From a bacterium (GTDB lineage Bacteria > Bacillota_I > Bacilli_A > RFN20 > CAG-288): a stretch of DNA of 64,000 nt. Shown here in pieces: positions 26,166 to 36,402 of the stretch. The stretch spans positions 4,199 through 68,198 of the forward strand of contig CAVJFW010000001.1 of NCBI GenBank assembly GCA_963648975.1, written 5' to 3'. Numbering within the stretch: position 1 is the first letter of the stretch; every line of letters starts with the position of its first letter. The notes beneath the pieces were generated by a model. That model was given only the letters and a program-made list of their open reading frames with translations, was not told where the DNA came from and did no database searches. A program made the position numbers and the translations under genes.

Positions 26166-27302
26166 GTGGACAGTTCAGACTTTATACTAGCCGAAGATGT
26201 TACATCAAAACCATTGGTCTGGGGAATGCCGATGTGGTTGGCATTCGTCGTCATTGGAATATTATTGCTTTTGACAGGTACGTTCTCCGCATGCGAGAAC
26301 GCATATTCCACCTGTAACAAATATCATTTCAGGGCAGAGGCGGAAAAAGGAAAGAGATATGCAAAGATCATAACAAGCCTGGTCGACAAGTTCGACAATA
26401 CGCTTGTCGCGATTTTGGTTACATCAAATACCTTATCCACCATCATGTCTTTCATCTCCGCGATGCTGTGGCTCAATATCGCCGAGATGAATCATTGGGC
26501 AGATGGCATGGAAGCCATATTCTCCACTGTTGTCATGGGTTTTCTTTTCTATGTCGTTGCCGATACGATACCCAAGGTCATCTCCAGGGCGATTCCGGAT
26601 ACTGTTGCCATATTGATGGCATATCCCTTGAAGACATTGCAGATAATTCTTTTCCCAATCATCTTTGTATTCCAAAAACTTCTTTCCCTGATACACCGCC
26701 TTCTTCATCTTCATGACGAAAACCTGTTGAGCAAGGAGGATCTTCTCTTTGAGGCAAACCAGGCCATCAATGAGGACGTGGAGCTCATTGGCGATGAGAA
26801 CCAACCGGAAGAAAAGGAAAAACTATTTGAAAACGATGAGACGGAAATCCTCAATCATGTCCTTACATTCGATGAGATGACGGTCCAGCAGGTCTATGTG
26901 CCATTGGACAAGGTATTCTCGCTTGACATCAACGGACTGACGGCAGACAAAATCAACAAGGCGATTTCGGAAACGGAATTCAGCCGTATTCCGATCTATG
27001 ATGAGAAAAAGGACAACATCATCGGAATTCTTGTCCTCAGAATCTATTTCGAAGAATATATCCAGGATCCACATTTGAGCATCCCATCCATATTGGAACA
27101 GGTTGTGGAAATTTCCTGTGACATGAAACTGGATGATGCCTTACATGAACTCAACAGTCAAAAAGAACATATGGGTATCGTCAAGAAGGATGGTGCCATC
27201 TTAGGCATCGTCACCATGGAGGATATCCTCGAGGAAGTCGTCAACGACATCTCCGAGGACCCAACGTTGGAACCGGATGGTGAGGTAAGCGAAAATGAAT
27301 GA
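26166..27302 (+). CDS. CNNM/CorC-family transporter (DUF21 TM domain, CBS pair, CorC_HlyC domain), copy 1
   Basis: N-terminal multi-TM region, tandem CBS-like segments, and a C-terminal HlyC/CorC transporter-associated domain (GIVTMEDILEEVV). The listed start is a GTG; the real start may be the internal Met at about 26226-26232. Confidence 0.7.
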   Translation: MDSSDFILAEDVTSKPLVWGMPMWLAFVVIGILLLLTGTFSACENAYSTCNKYHFRAEAEKGKRYAKIITSLVDKFDNTLVAILVTSNTLSTIMSFISAMLWLNIAEMNHWADGMEAIFSTVVMGFLFYVVADTIPKVISRAIPDTVAILMAYPLKTLQIILFPIIFVFQKLLSLIHRLLHLHDENLLSKEDLLFEANQAINEDVELIGDENQPEEKEKLFENDETEILNHVLTFDEMTVQQVYVPLDKVFSLDINGLTADKINKAISETEFSRIPIYDEKKDNIIGILVLRIYFEEYIQDPHLSIPSILEQVVEISCDMKLDDALHELNSQKEHMGIVKKDGAILGIVTMEDILEEVVNDISEDPTLEPDGEVSENE

Positions 27303-28605
27303 AATCGTGAAAATCATCATCTATACCATCGTTCTCCTCATCTGTCTATGTCTGTCATTCGTCTTTTCCAGTGCCGACATGACATATGGGAGCGTCTCCG
27401 TACATAAACTGGATGAACAGATTTCCCTTAACCCGGGAAAGAAATCACTGGTGCGTGCAAAGAAGCTTACCATGGATTATGACAGAAGCATTGCCACGAT
27501 TCTCTTCGGAAACGATATCGTCAATGCAGGTTTGGATTCCTTTGCCACTCTTCTTGGCGTCAATCTCTGCTTTTTGATCCTTGGATCAGATTCGACTTTG
27601 AGCGAGACATGGGGTCTTGTCGCCTCTCTTGTCGTCTTGGTCTTCAAAATCTGCTTCGGTGAGATTGTCCCCAAGTCCATCTCGAAGATCAACAATCTGA
27701 AACTTGCGAGAGTTTATGCAAACTTCATCACCTCTCTTACCTATATCTTCTTTGTCATCACATATCCCGTCTCTCTTTTGGGCAAGGGAGTGTCAAAGGT
27801 GTTCTCCCATAGCCCTGCAGAGGAACCGATTGCCCAGGAAGAACTTCATGAGATGATCGATGACATTGAGGAACATGGCCAGGTGGATGAAGAAAAGGCT
27901 GACATGCTTCATGATACCATCAAGTATACACAGACACAGGCCAATGAAATCATGACGCCGAGAGTCAATCTTTATGCGATTGACATCGATGACCCTCTTG
28001 AGGAAATCATCAAGGAGCCTGAACTCTATCAACACGGAAGAGTCCCGGTCTATCAGGACACGATTGACAACATCATCGGCTATATCCAGACAAAGACATT
28101 GATGAAGGAATATCTTGCCAATCCTGAATTCTCCATCAGGGATATCCTTCTTGAACCGATGAGATTCCCGGATACGGCGGAAATCAATGATATTCTCAGG
28201 GAATTCAAGAAGACAAAGAAGCAGTTTGCCCTGGTCATGGACGAATATGGTGGATTGGATGGTGTCATCACCATGGAAGACATCCTTGAGGAAATCGTCG
28301 GAGAAATCTGGGACGAGAATGATCGCACCCAGGAACCGATTGTCAACTGCAAGGATGGCTCCTATATCATCGACGGAAACGTCACTTTGGAAGATTACTG
28401 TGATCTGTTCGACATCGATTTCAGTTCCATCAATACGGATTATCTGACCATCGGTGGATTCATCATCGAGCTGCTTGACGACCACTTTGCCAATGTCGGA
28501 GACGAGGTCGACTTCGAGAACACGCATATCAAGGTCATCGCCGTGGATGAGAACGATGCCATCAACCGTGTCCAGGTCAGAAGATTGGAAGAAACGGAGG
28601 AATGA
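27295..28605 (+). CDS. CNNM/CorC-family transporter (DUF21, CBS, CorC_HlyC), copy 2; paralog of the upstream gene
   Basis: Same architecture (GVITMEDILEEIVGEIWDE). Start overlaps the upstream stop by 8 nt. Confidence 0.75.
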   Translation: MNEIVKIIIYTIVLLICLCLSFVFSSADMTYGSVSVHKLDEQISLNPGKKSLVRAKKLTMDYDRSIATILFGNDIVNAGLDSFATLLGVNLCFLILGSDSTLSETWGLVASLVVLVFKICFGEIVPKSISKINNLKLARVYANFITSLTYIFFVITYPVSLLGKGVSKVFSHSPAEEPIAQEELHEMIDDIEEHGQVDEEKADMLHDTIKYTQTQANEIMTPRVNLYAIDIDDPLEEIIKEPELYQHGRVPVYQDTIDNIIGYIQTKTLMKEYLANPEFSIRDILLEPMRFPDTAEINDILREFKKTKKQFALVMDEYGGLDGVITMEDILEEIVGEIWDENDRTQEPIVNCKDGSYIIDGNVTLEDYCDLFDIDFSSINTDYLTIGGFIIELLDDHFANVGDEVDFENTHIKVIAVDENDAINRVQVRRLEETEE

Positions 28606-28758
28606 ACGTGGATGGGGAAACCCATCCATTTTTGATTCCTTCAGCATGGCATAATGGAAACATAGGATGTAAAAAGAGAGTCAATTTTCCATCCATCCAT
28701 CGAAAATTCGAGAAAACCCGGCGTATATGTCTTATAATTCTTGAAAGAGGAAAAAACA

Positions 28759-30690
28759 ATGAGAGATCTTGATTACCTGAAATTGCTTTCCAAGTCGTTT
28801 CCGAATGTGAAGAGTGCGACTACGGAAGTCATCAATCTTTCTGCCATCAGCGAGCTTCCGAAGGGAACCGAATTCTTTCTTAGCGATGTCCATGGCGAAT
28901 ATGAATCATTCTCCTATCTCATGAGGTCATGCTCCGGAGTCATCTATACGAAGATGAGGAAAGCTTTGGGTTCCACCCTTTCCGATGAGGAATATGACAG
29001 GATGGCTGATCTCATCTATTATCCGGAAGAGAACATCGCCAGGATATTCCGTGAGAATCCGACTGCGGAATGGCAGAAATCGACCATGGAAAATCTTGTC
29101 AGGATTGCAAGATTCGTCTCCAGCAAATATACAAGAAGCAAGGTCAGAAAGAGAATGCCAAGTCCATTCAGCTATACGCTTGATGAACTTATCAATTCCA
29201 ATTCTGAGGATCTCAACACCCAGACATATCATGGGGCAATTCTGAATGCGGTCGTTGAAGCCGGATATTCCTCATCCTACATTCTGGCTTTATGCAAACT
29301 TATACAGGCTTTGTGTGTCGATCACCTTCATATCGTCGGCGATATCTTTGACAGAGGACCACGTGCGGACAAGATCCTTGATGAACTGATGACATTCCCC
29401 GAAATCGATATTCAGTGGGGAAACCATGATGTCACATGGATTGGCGCATCCCAAGGTAACATGACATGCATCGCCAATGTTCTTCATATTGCGACTCTGT
29501 ACAATTCCTTCGATGTCATCGAATCCGGATACGGCATCAACTTAAGACCTTTATCCATGTATGCGGAAGCACTGTACAAGGATGATCCGTGTCTTCAGTT
29601 CAGACCACATCTGCTGGATACCAACGTATCGGATTCCGTGTCACCGGATCTTGCAGCCAAGATGTGCAAGGTCATTACCATCATCATGTTCAAGCTTGAA
29701 GGCCAACTCATCAAACGCCATCCGGAATACCACTTGGGAACGAGACTTCTTCTCGATGGACTGGATGTAAAGAATGGAACCATCACATTGAACGGAAAAA
29801 CATTCGAATTGAAAGATAAAAACCTTCCGACCTTTGATGAAGATGACATCAGAAGGCTGACTGATGAGGAAGAGGAACTGATGAAGAACCTCCAGTATAG
29901 TTTCACCCATTCCGAAAAACTGAAGAAGCACATCAAATTTCTTCTCAAGAGGGGAAATATCTATAAGGTTCATAATGGAAACCTTTTATATCATGCCTGC
30001 GTTCCGATGAATGAAAACGGAACCTTCATGGACGTCGAGACTCCGGAAGGTACCTTCTCAGGCAAGGAATACATGGATCATTGCGAAAGAAAGATACGTC
30101 ACGCCTGCAATCTTCCTTTCGATGATCCAAACAAGGAGAACGAGACGGATTATCTTTGGTATATGTGGTGTGGACCAAAGTCACCGCTTTTCGGAAAAGA
30201 CCAGATTACTACCTTCGAAAGGACATTCATCGATGATGCCTCTCTATATCATGAGGACTACAATCCATATTATGAATTCTCAAAGGACAAGAAATATGTC
30301 GAGATGATTCTTGAGGAATTCCATGCCGACAAGGAACGTGGACATATCATCAACGGACATGTGCCTGTCCTGGTCAACAAGGGTGAATCTCCGATCAAGG
30401 CGGAGGGAAGACTCTTCAAGATCGATGGCGGACTTGCAAAGTCCTTCCATTCCAAGACCGGTATTGCCGGATATACACTTATCAGCAACTCCCATCATAT
30501 CGCCCTTGTCCAGCATAAGAACTTTGCCAGGGGTGAAAGCAACCTCTCCAAGGTGAAAATCGTCGAGGAGTTCCCGGAAAGAATCTTTGTCAAGGATACC
30601 GACAAGGGAACGGAAATCAAGGAGCAGATTGCCGACTTGAAGGAACTTATCCAGGCTTACGAGGACGGCAAAATATCCGAAACCAAATAA
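28759..30690 (+). CDS. fbp: Fructose-1,6-bisphosphatase, class 3
   Basis: Typical class-3 FBPase N-terminus (DLDYLKLLSKSFPN...) and metallophosphatase motifs (GDIFDRGP; GNHD). Start chosen at the ATG after the AAAGAGGA RBS. The listed ORF begins at an upstream TTG. Confidence 0.85.
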   Translation: MRDLDYLKLLSKSFPNVKSATTEVINLSAISELPKGTEFFLSDVHGEYESFSYLMRSCSGVIYTKMRKALGSTLSDEEYDRMADLIYYPEENIARIFRENPTAEWQKSTMENLVRIARFVSSKYTRSKVRKRMPSPFSYTLDELINSNSEDLNTQTYHGAILNAVVEAGYSSSYILALCKLIQALCVDHLHIVGDIFDRGPRADKILDELMTFPEIDIQWGNHDVTWIGASQGNMTCIANVLHIATLYNSFDVIESGYGINLRPLSMYAEALYKDDPCLQFRPHLLDTNVSDSVSPDLAAKMCKVITIIMFKLEGQLIKRHPEYHLGTRLLLDGLDVKNGTITLNGKTFELKDKNLPTFDEDDIRRLTDEEEELMKNLQYSFTHSEKLKKHIKFLLKRGNIYKVHNGNLLYHACVPMNENGTFMDVETPEGTFSGKEYMDHCERKIRHACNLPFDDPNKENETDYLWYMWCGPKSPLFGKDQITTFERTFIDDASLYHEDYNPYYEFSKDKKYVEMILEEFHADKERGHIINGHVPVLVNKGESPIKAEGRLFKIDGGLAKSFHSKTGIAGYTLISNSHHIALVQHKNFARGESNLSKVKIVEEFPERIFVKDTDKGTEIKEQIADLKELIQAYEDGKISETK

Positions 30691-30695
30691 ATGAA

Positions 30696-30746
30696 AATAT
30701 CCGCATGTCATCTTTCTTTGCTGAAAGAATGACTGCGGATATTTTG
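30696..30746. terminator. Bidirectional terminator between the convergent fbp and dnaJ genes
   Basis: Long imperfect hairpin AATATCCGCATGTCAT...ATGACTGCGGATATT followed by TTTT. Confidence 0.6.
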
Positions 30747-30747
30747 A

Positions 30748-31878
30748 TTACTTCTTTTTCTTGAACCAGTTGAAGAATCCACCCTTCTTGGATTCGAGGT
30801 CGTCAAGCTTCTTGATGAGATCCTTCTGTTCCTGGGTCAGACTCTTCGGGAACTTGACGTTGATGGTGACATATTGGCTTCCTACCTTGCCATTAGGTGT
30901 TGTGATACCTTTGCCGTTCATCTTGAGAATGGTGTTTGGTTCCGTGCATGGTGGAATGACCAAGTCACAGTCTCCGGTCACCGTCGGAACGGTGACGGTT
31001 GCACCAAGAAGTGCATCCGTGTAGGAAATCGGTGCGTTGATATAGACGTCGGCACCTTTTCTGATGAATGTCTGGGATGGGGAGACGCTGATCTGAATGA
31101 TGAGATCACCGTTTTCTCCGCCGTTCACACCCGGTTCACCTTTGCCGGTGATGCGGATTTTGTCATCCGTGTCGACACCATGTGGAATGTTCACCGTGAT
31201 GGTCTCGTTGACTTGGACTCTTCCTGAACCATGGCAATGGTCACAGGCATGTTTCACCGTCTTGCCTTTTCCGTGACATGTCGGACACTCTTCTTCGCTT
31301 TCCATGACGCCGAAGATGGTTTGGCGACGGGCTCTTACCCTACCTGAACCATGGCAAGTCTTGCATGTCTCGACATCGCTTGCGGATTTGGCTCCCGAAC
31401 CGTGGCAGTCCGGACATACACCCACATAGGAAAGGGGAATATCGACCTTGGTACCCTTGACCGCCTGGTCAAAGTTGATCTTGATCTGGACGAGTCTGTC
31501 GTTTCCCTTATGTGGCATGTTTCCTCTTCTCTGACGGGAACTTCCACCGCCGAAGAAGGAGGAGAAAATGTCATTGATGTCGCCGAAGTCTTCAAATCCT
31601 CCGCCCTGGAATCCATTGAATCCCTGCTGGAATCCGTTGGCTCCATTGTTGTCGAAGGCGGCATGTCCGAATTGATCGTACTGTGCTCTCTTCTGTTGGT
31701 CGCTTAAGACTTCGTAAGCTTCCTGGACTTCCTTGAACTTTGCAGGGGCGTCCGGCGATTTGTTGAGGTCCGGGTGATATTGTTTGGCAAGTTTTCGATA
31801 GGCGCTTTTGATTTCGTCCTGAGTGGCAGTCTTGTTGACGCCAAGGACTTCATAGTAATCACGTTTTTGATCTGCCAT
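30748..31878 (-). CDS. dnaJ: Molecular chaperone DnaJ
   Basis: J-domain with HPD (YHPDLNK), a G/F-rich linker, and four CxxCxGxG zinc-finger repeats. Confidence 0.95.
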   Translation of the reverse strand: MADQKRDYYEVLGVNKTATQDEIKSAYRKLAKQYHPDLNKSPDAPAKFKEVQEAYEVLSDQQKRAQYDQFGHAAFDNNGANGFQQGFNGFQGGGFEDFGDINDIFSSFFGGGSSRQRRGNMPHKGNDRLVQIKINFDQAVKGTKVDIPLSYVGVCPDCHGSGAKSASDVETCKTCHGSGRVRARRQTIFGVMESEEECPTCHGKGKTVKHACDHCHGSGRVQVNETITVNIPHGVDTDDKIRITGKGEPGVNGGENGDLIIQISVSPSQTFIRKGADVYINAPISYTDALLGATVTVPTVTGDCDLVIPPCTEPNTILKMNGKGITTPNGKVGSQYVTINVKFPKSLTQEQKDLIKKLDDLESKKGGFFNWFKKKK

Positions 31879-31937
31879 TGCAAAATCCTCCTATTGAAGG
31901 AAGAAGCCCGGAACGTTCCGGGCTTGATCCGTATTGA

Positions 31938-33803
31938 TTAGTTGTCCTTCTTTTCGGTGAAGGTTGCATCCACAACATGTGGATCGTTGTTGTCAGCGGC
32001 AGTGGACTGTTCGTTTCCACCGGCGGTCTGACTGGAGGCGTTGGCAGTATTGTTGGCCTGTGCCTGATAAACCTGGTTGGCAGCCTGCTGGAGCTGGGCA
32101 ATCTTGGCTCTGACGGTTTCGAGATCGTTCTTGTCGAGAGCTTCCTTGATTTCATCTCTGATCTTCAAAGCGGACTGCTTTGTATTTTCATCGACTGGAT
32201 GATCTTTGTCATTGACCTGACGATCGATGCTGTCGATGAGCTGCTGAGCTTCGTTTCTGGTGTCGGCATCTTTCTTTCTCTTGTCATCAGCATCCTTGTT
32301 GGCTTCGGCTTCCTTGACCATACGGTCGATTTCATCCTTGCTGAGACCAGAGGAGTTGGAAATTGTGATATGCTGTTCCTGATTTGTATCCAAATCCTTT
32401 GCGGAGACGGAGACGATGCCGTTGACATCGATGGAGAAGGTAACCTGAATTCTCGGTTCGCCACGACGTGCCGGACGGATGCCTTCGAGCTTGAATCTGC
32501 CTAAGAACTTGTTGTCCTGGGCCATTGGACGTTCACCCTGGAAGACCTGGATTTCGACGCCTGGCTGATTGTCTTCGGCAGTGGAGAAGACCTGGCTTCT
32601 GGTGGTAGGAATGGTTGTGTTTCTTGGAATGAGTGGAGTCATGACGCCACCTAAGGTCTCAAGGCCCAAGGTAAGTGGAGTGACATCGAGAAGGACGACA
32701 TCCTTGACGTCGCCGCGGATGACACCGCCCTGAATGGCGGCACCGACGGAAACGGCTTCATCCGGGTTGACGGACTGATTTGGCTTCTTGCCGTTGCAGA
32801 GACGTGTGACAAGGTCGACGACGGCTGGCATACGGGTGGAACCACCGACCAAAATGACATCGGTGAGGTCAGCGACAGAGAGCTTTGCATCGCTTAAGGA
32901 TTTTTCGAATGGGGTCTTGCAGCGATCGATGAGGTCAGCTGTGAGATCCTGGAACTTGGCTCTTGTGAGCTCGGTTTCGAAGTTGACAGGTGCGCCATCC
33001 TTGAATCCGATGTATGGCAAGGAAATGGTTGTCTGAGTCTGGGCGGAAAGGTTGATCTTGGCCTTTTCGGCTTCGTCTCTGAGACGCTGAAGGGTTGGCT
33101 TGTCGGCTGGGTTGGTCTTGGAGATGTTGATGCCGCATTCAGCGGAAATCTGGGAAATCAACCAATCGATGATATGGTTGTCCCAGTCATCGCCACCGAG
33201 TTCGGTATCACCGGAGGTGGAGAGAACTTCGAATGTTCCATCACCGATATCGAGGATGGAGACATCGAGTGTACCACCACCCAAATCGAAGACAAGGATC
33301 TTGCCGGACTTCTTGGAATCCATACCATAGGCCAAGGCGGCTGCGGTTGGTTCGGAGATGACACGGACGACATCAAGACCGGCGATGGTACCGGCATTCT
33401 TGGTTGCCTGTCTCTGATCATCGTTGAAGTATGCAGGGCAGGTGATGACAGCCTTGCTTACGGTCTGACCGAGATACTTCTCGGCATAGCTCTTCATATA
33501 GGTAAGGATCTTTGCGGAGATTTCTTCCGGAGTGAAATCCTTGTTGATGCAATTGATGTGGGTCATGTTTCTGGTACCCATCTTTCTCTTGATGGAGTGA
33601 ACGGTGTCTGGGTTTGTCAGAAGCATACGCTTTGCGGCGTTACCGACGATTTCTTCGCCGTCTTTCTTGAATGAGACGACGGAAGGGCATGTGTTGGTTC
33701 CTTCCGGGGATGGGATGACCTTGACGGTGTGATCATCCTGCATGTAAGATGCGACAGAGTTTGTAGTACCCAAATCGATACCTAAGATAATTTCTTTAGC
33801 CAT
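31938..33803 (-). CDS. dnaK: Molecular chaperone DnaK (Hsp70)
   Basis: Hsp70 signatures (IDLGTTNS; DLGGGTLD; [11 protein letters not shown]). Confidence 0.97.
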   Translation of the reverse strand: MAKEIILGIDLGTTNSVASYMQDDHTVKVIPSPEGTNTCPSVVSFKKDGEEIVGNAAKRMLLTNPDTVHSIKRKMGTRNMTHINCINKDFTPEEISAKILTYMKSYAEKYLGQTVSKAVITCPAYFNDDQRQATKNAGTIAGLDVVRVISEPTAAALAYGMDSKKSGKILVFDLGGGTLDVSILDIGDGTFEVLSTSGDTELGGDDWDNHIIDWLISQISAECGINISKTNPADKPTLQRLRDEAEKAKINLSAQTQTTISLPYIGFKDGAPVNFETELTRAKFQDLTADLIDRCKTPFEKSLSDAKLSVADLTDVILVGGSTRMPAVVDLVTRLCNGKKPNQSVNPDEAVSVGAAIQGGVIRGDVKDVVLLDVTPLTLGLETLGGVMTPLIPRNTTIPTTRSQVFSTAEDNQPGVEIQVFQGERPMAQDNKFLGRFKLEGIRPARRGEPRIQVTFSIDVNGIVSVSAKDLDTNQEQHITISNSSGLSKDEIDRMVKEAEANKDADDKRKKDADTRNEAQQLIDSIDRQVNDKDHPVDENTKQSALKIRDEIKEALDKNDLETVRAKIAQLQQAANQVYQAQANNTANASSQTAGGNEQSTAADNNDPHVVDATFTEKKDN

Positions 33804-33823
33804 AATATTTAATCCTCCTATGA

Positions 33824-34519
33824 TTAATCTTTCTTTTCGGAATCAGCTTCAGCTGGTTTCTCTTCGGCTTTGACTTCCTCGACTTCCTTCTTCTTGGTCA
33901 CGATGACTCCGCATGGACGGAGAAGATGATCGAACATCTTGTATCCCTTGGTGAAGACATCGGCGACCTTGTTGTCTTCCTCACCCTCGACGGTGGAGAA
34001 GGCCTGCATCGTATCCGGATCGTATTCATCACCCTTCTTCGGGTCGATGATGGTGACATCCTGCTGCTTGAGTACGGCAATCAGCTTGGAGTGGATCATG
34101 ACGAAGCCCTGAAGGTATTTCTTCACGACTTCATCCTTCGGCTCATTCTTCAAAGCCATGTCGAATCCATCCAATGCCGGTATGAGTTCCTCGATCAGGG
34201 ACTGCTTTGCGTATTTCTTGAAATCGGATGTTTCTTTCTCGACCTGCTTTCTGGTGTTGGACATATCGGCATAGGCCTGGAAATATTTGTTCTTCCATTC
34301 ATCTGCCTTCTTGTCTGCTTCCTCGAACCTGTTCTGGTAATCTCTGACCTTTTTCTTCAGGTCCTCGATTTCCTTTTCATAATGTTTTTTCAGTTCCTTG
34401 GAAGAATCTTCCTTCTTTTCTTCCTTGGCTTCTTCCTTTTTATCGGTGACGGGGATTTCCTCGGCTTCAGGCTTGGTTTCCTCTTCTACCTTTTTTTCTT
34501 CTTTCTTTTCTTCGCTCAT
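33824..34519 (-). CDS. grpE: Nucleotide exchange factor GrpE
   Basis: Lys/Glu-rich coiled-coil N-terminus and a conserved GrpE C-terminal domain. Lies between hrcA and dnaK. Confidence 0.9.
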   Translation of the reverse strand: MSEEKKEEKKVEEETKPEAEEIPVTDKKEEAKEEKKEDSSKELKKHYEKEIEDLKKKVRDYQNRFEEADKKADEWKNKYFQAYADMSNTRKQVEKETSDFKKYAKQSLIEELIPALDGFDMALKNEPKDEVVKKYLQGFVMIHSKLIAVLKQQDVTIIDPKKGDEYDPDTMQAFSTVEGEEDNKVADVFTKGYKMFDHLLRPCGVIVTKKKEVEEVKAEEKPAEADSEKKD

Positions 34520-35640
34520 TTCTTGGCTCCTTTCTTGGTGGCCGCCTTCTTTTTGGCTGTCGATTTCTCCGTCTTTACTTCCTCAGGCATGGATATCGGA
34601 ACCAGGGATGATGTCTGACTTCCACCCTGGAAGAAATATCTGTCGAGCATATAGACGGTGTATTCCAATGCGGATAGGACTTTCTTGTAGTCCATTCTCT
34701 TTGGGCCGACGACTGCCAACTGATCCTTGCCGTTGAACTTCTTCGATACGATGGCAAAGTCCCCTTTGTTTTCGTTCGTGAAGGCGACATTGACATTCCC
34801 TAGGTCATCCTTTCCGGATAGGTTCTTTTCCAGTCCGTTGGGATCCTGCAAGGCTGAGAAGGCATTCATGAATGATTCCTTGCTGCTGCTGAATTCCGGA
34901 AGGGAAAGAAGGTTCTTTTCACCATATACCTCGTATCTTTTCCTGGTGAAGGATACAAGCGCCTGCAGGAAGGCCTGCATGATGATGTCTCCACCCTTTC
35001 CGAATGTCTCTGTGACAAGAGGCTGAAGCGCCTTTGCCTTGGCTTCGAGATCAACGATTTTCGTTCCGGCAAGTCTTTCATTGAGCATTGCCATGGTGTT
35101 TGACAACTGCTGGAATGTCGTGCCATCCTTCGGATTGATGAAGAATGTCTTCTTTTCGACATAACCGGAATCGGTGATGAAGATGCCCATGGCACTTTTC
35201 TCCGTCAGCCTGAGGAGCTGTACGGAAACGAGTGTTTCGTTTGAGGTTTTCGAACCTAGCACGACTGTTGCCATGTTGGTCATCTCGGAAAGCATCTCAC
35301 AGGACTTTGCAATGACATCCTCGACGGATTTCGATTTGTTGCGAAGAACGTCCTGGAACTCCCTCTGGAACTCCATGTCAACGGAATTCATCAGAGAAGA
35401 ATTGTCGAGATGATCCAGATAATATTGATAGCCTTTGGCGGAAGGGACTCTGCCGGAAGACACATGTGTCTTTTCGAGCATACCTTCCTTTTCAAGCTCC
35501 ATCATGGCGTTTCTGATTGTCGCACTGGAACAGTCCATGTTGTAGACTTTCAATATCGTCTTGCTACCGACCGGCTGAGCGGTCTTGATGAATTCTTCGA
35601 CGATGCATTTGAGTATTTCGTCTTTTCTTTCCAATTTCAT
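34516..35640 (-). CDS. hrcA: Heat-inducible transcription repressor HrcA
   Basis: HrcA N-terminal wHTH (ILKCIVEEFIKTAQPVGSKTI). Heads the hrcA-grpE-dnaK-dnaJ operon. Start placed at MKLERKDEIL. Has a Lys-rich C-terminal tail. Confidence 0.85.
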   Translation of the reverse strand: MKLERKDEILKCIVEEFIKTAQPVGSKTILKVYNMDCSSATIRNAMMELEKEGMLEKTHVSSGRVPSAKGYQYYLDHLDNSSLMNSVDMEFQREFQDVLRNKSKSVEDVIAKSCEMLSEMTNMATVVLGSKTSNETLVSVQLLRLTEKSAMGIFITDSGYVEKKTFFINPKDGTTFQQLSNTMAMLNERLAGTKIVDLEAKAKALQPLVTETFGKGGDIIMQAFLQALVSFTRKRYEVYGEKNLLSLPEFSSSKESFMNAFSALQDPNGLEKNLSGKDDLGNVNVAFTNENKGDFAIVSKKFNGKDQLAVVGPKRMDYKKVLSALEYTVYMLDRYFFQGGSQTSSLVPISMPEEVKTEKSTAKKKAATKKGAKK

Positions 35641-35697
35641 GCCGCCCTCCCTGGCACTCACTGTTTTCGAATGCCAAGAAATATTATATACGGAAAT

Positions 35698-35724
35698 TTA
35701 GCAAATGCAAGACTTGAGTGCTAA
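35698..35724 (-). promoter_or_regulatory. CIRCE operator (HrcA binding site) upstream of hrcA
   Basis: TTAGCAAAT-N9-GAGTGCTAA against the consensus TTAGCACTC-N9-GAGTGCTAA. The right arm is perfect and the left arm matches 6/9. An additional TTAGCA half-site follows 3 nt downstream (TGCTAA-AAA-TTAGCA). Confidence 0.75.
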
Positions 35725-35751
35725 AAATTAGCAGTACATATCCAGGCCAAG

Positions 35752-35772
35752 AAAAAAGTGCCTATAAGGCAC
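35752..35772 (-). terminator. Rho-independent terminator of trmB
   Basis: GTGCCT-TATA-GGCAC hairpin followed, on the minus strand, by TTTTTT, immediately after the trmB stop. Confidence 0.6.
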
Positions 35773-35774
35773 TC

Positions 35775-36401
35775 TTATTTCCTGTGGGCGATGATGACGT
35801 GGATATCCACACCCTGGGAACGGAACTTCTTTTCATATTCCGTCGGTGGGAGATAGTCGACATTCTCGCTGTAGAAAGGCTCGATGATTTCGATGTCGAA
35901 GAGTCCGGTTTCGTTGAAATATTCCACGGAATCATGGAATAGGTCGACATTGTCCGTCCTGAAGTAGAGCGTACCCTCATCACTTAGGATTCTGTGGTAT
36001 TCTTTCTGAAGCGTCGGATAAGTCAGTCTTCTATGATGTTGCTTTTTCTTTGGCCATGGGTCAGAGAAGTTGAGGTAGATTTTCTTCAGCTGACCATCCT
36101 TGATCAAGGGAAAGATTCTTTCAATCGGTGCGTTGAGAATCATGAAGTTGGAATGGTCTTCCTTGATGGCGGAAAGATGCTTTACCGCCAAGGCAAAGGC
36201 GTTTCTGTTGATTTCCACGCCAAGATATTTTTCGCTTGGTTCGAGTTTGCTGACTTCAAGAAGGAATCCACCCTGCCCGGAACCGATTTCGAGGTTGTCG
36301 AAGGTCTTTATGGATTCAGGGTCGAAATCAGAGAGATTTCTGGCGATGTCCTTGTTTGCCTCAAGGACGTCATCCGCCCATTTGCGATGTCTCAGTCTCA
36401 T
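35775..36401 (-). CDS. trmB: tRNA (guanine46-N7)-methyltransferase
   Basis: SAM-binding motif (DIGSGQGGFL) and a TrmB family C-terminal region. Confidence 0.85.
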   Translation of the reverse strand: MRLRHRKWADDVLEANKDIARNLSDFDPESIKTFDNLEIGSGQGGFLLEVSKLEPSEKYLGVEINRNAFALAVKHLSAIKEDHSNFMILNAPIERIFPLIKDGQLKKIYLNFSDPWPKKKQHHRRLTYPTLQKEYHRILSDEGTLYFRTDNVDLFHDSVEYFNETGLFDIEIIEPFYSENVDYLPPTEYEKKFRSQGVDIHVIIAHRK

Positions 36402-36402
36402 C

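Noticed and set aside
28741-28758. Upstream TTG start of fbp given by the ORF track
   Set aside because: The downstream ATG at 28759 is preceded by AAAGAGGA at optimal spacing. It also matches the conserved class-3 FBPase N-terminus, so the shorter start was preferred.
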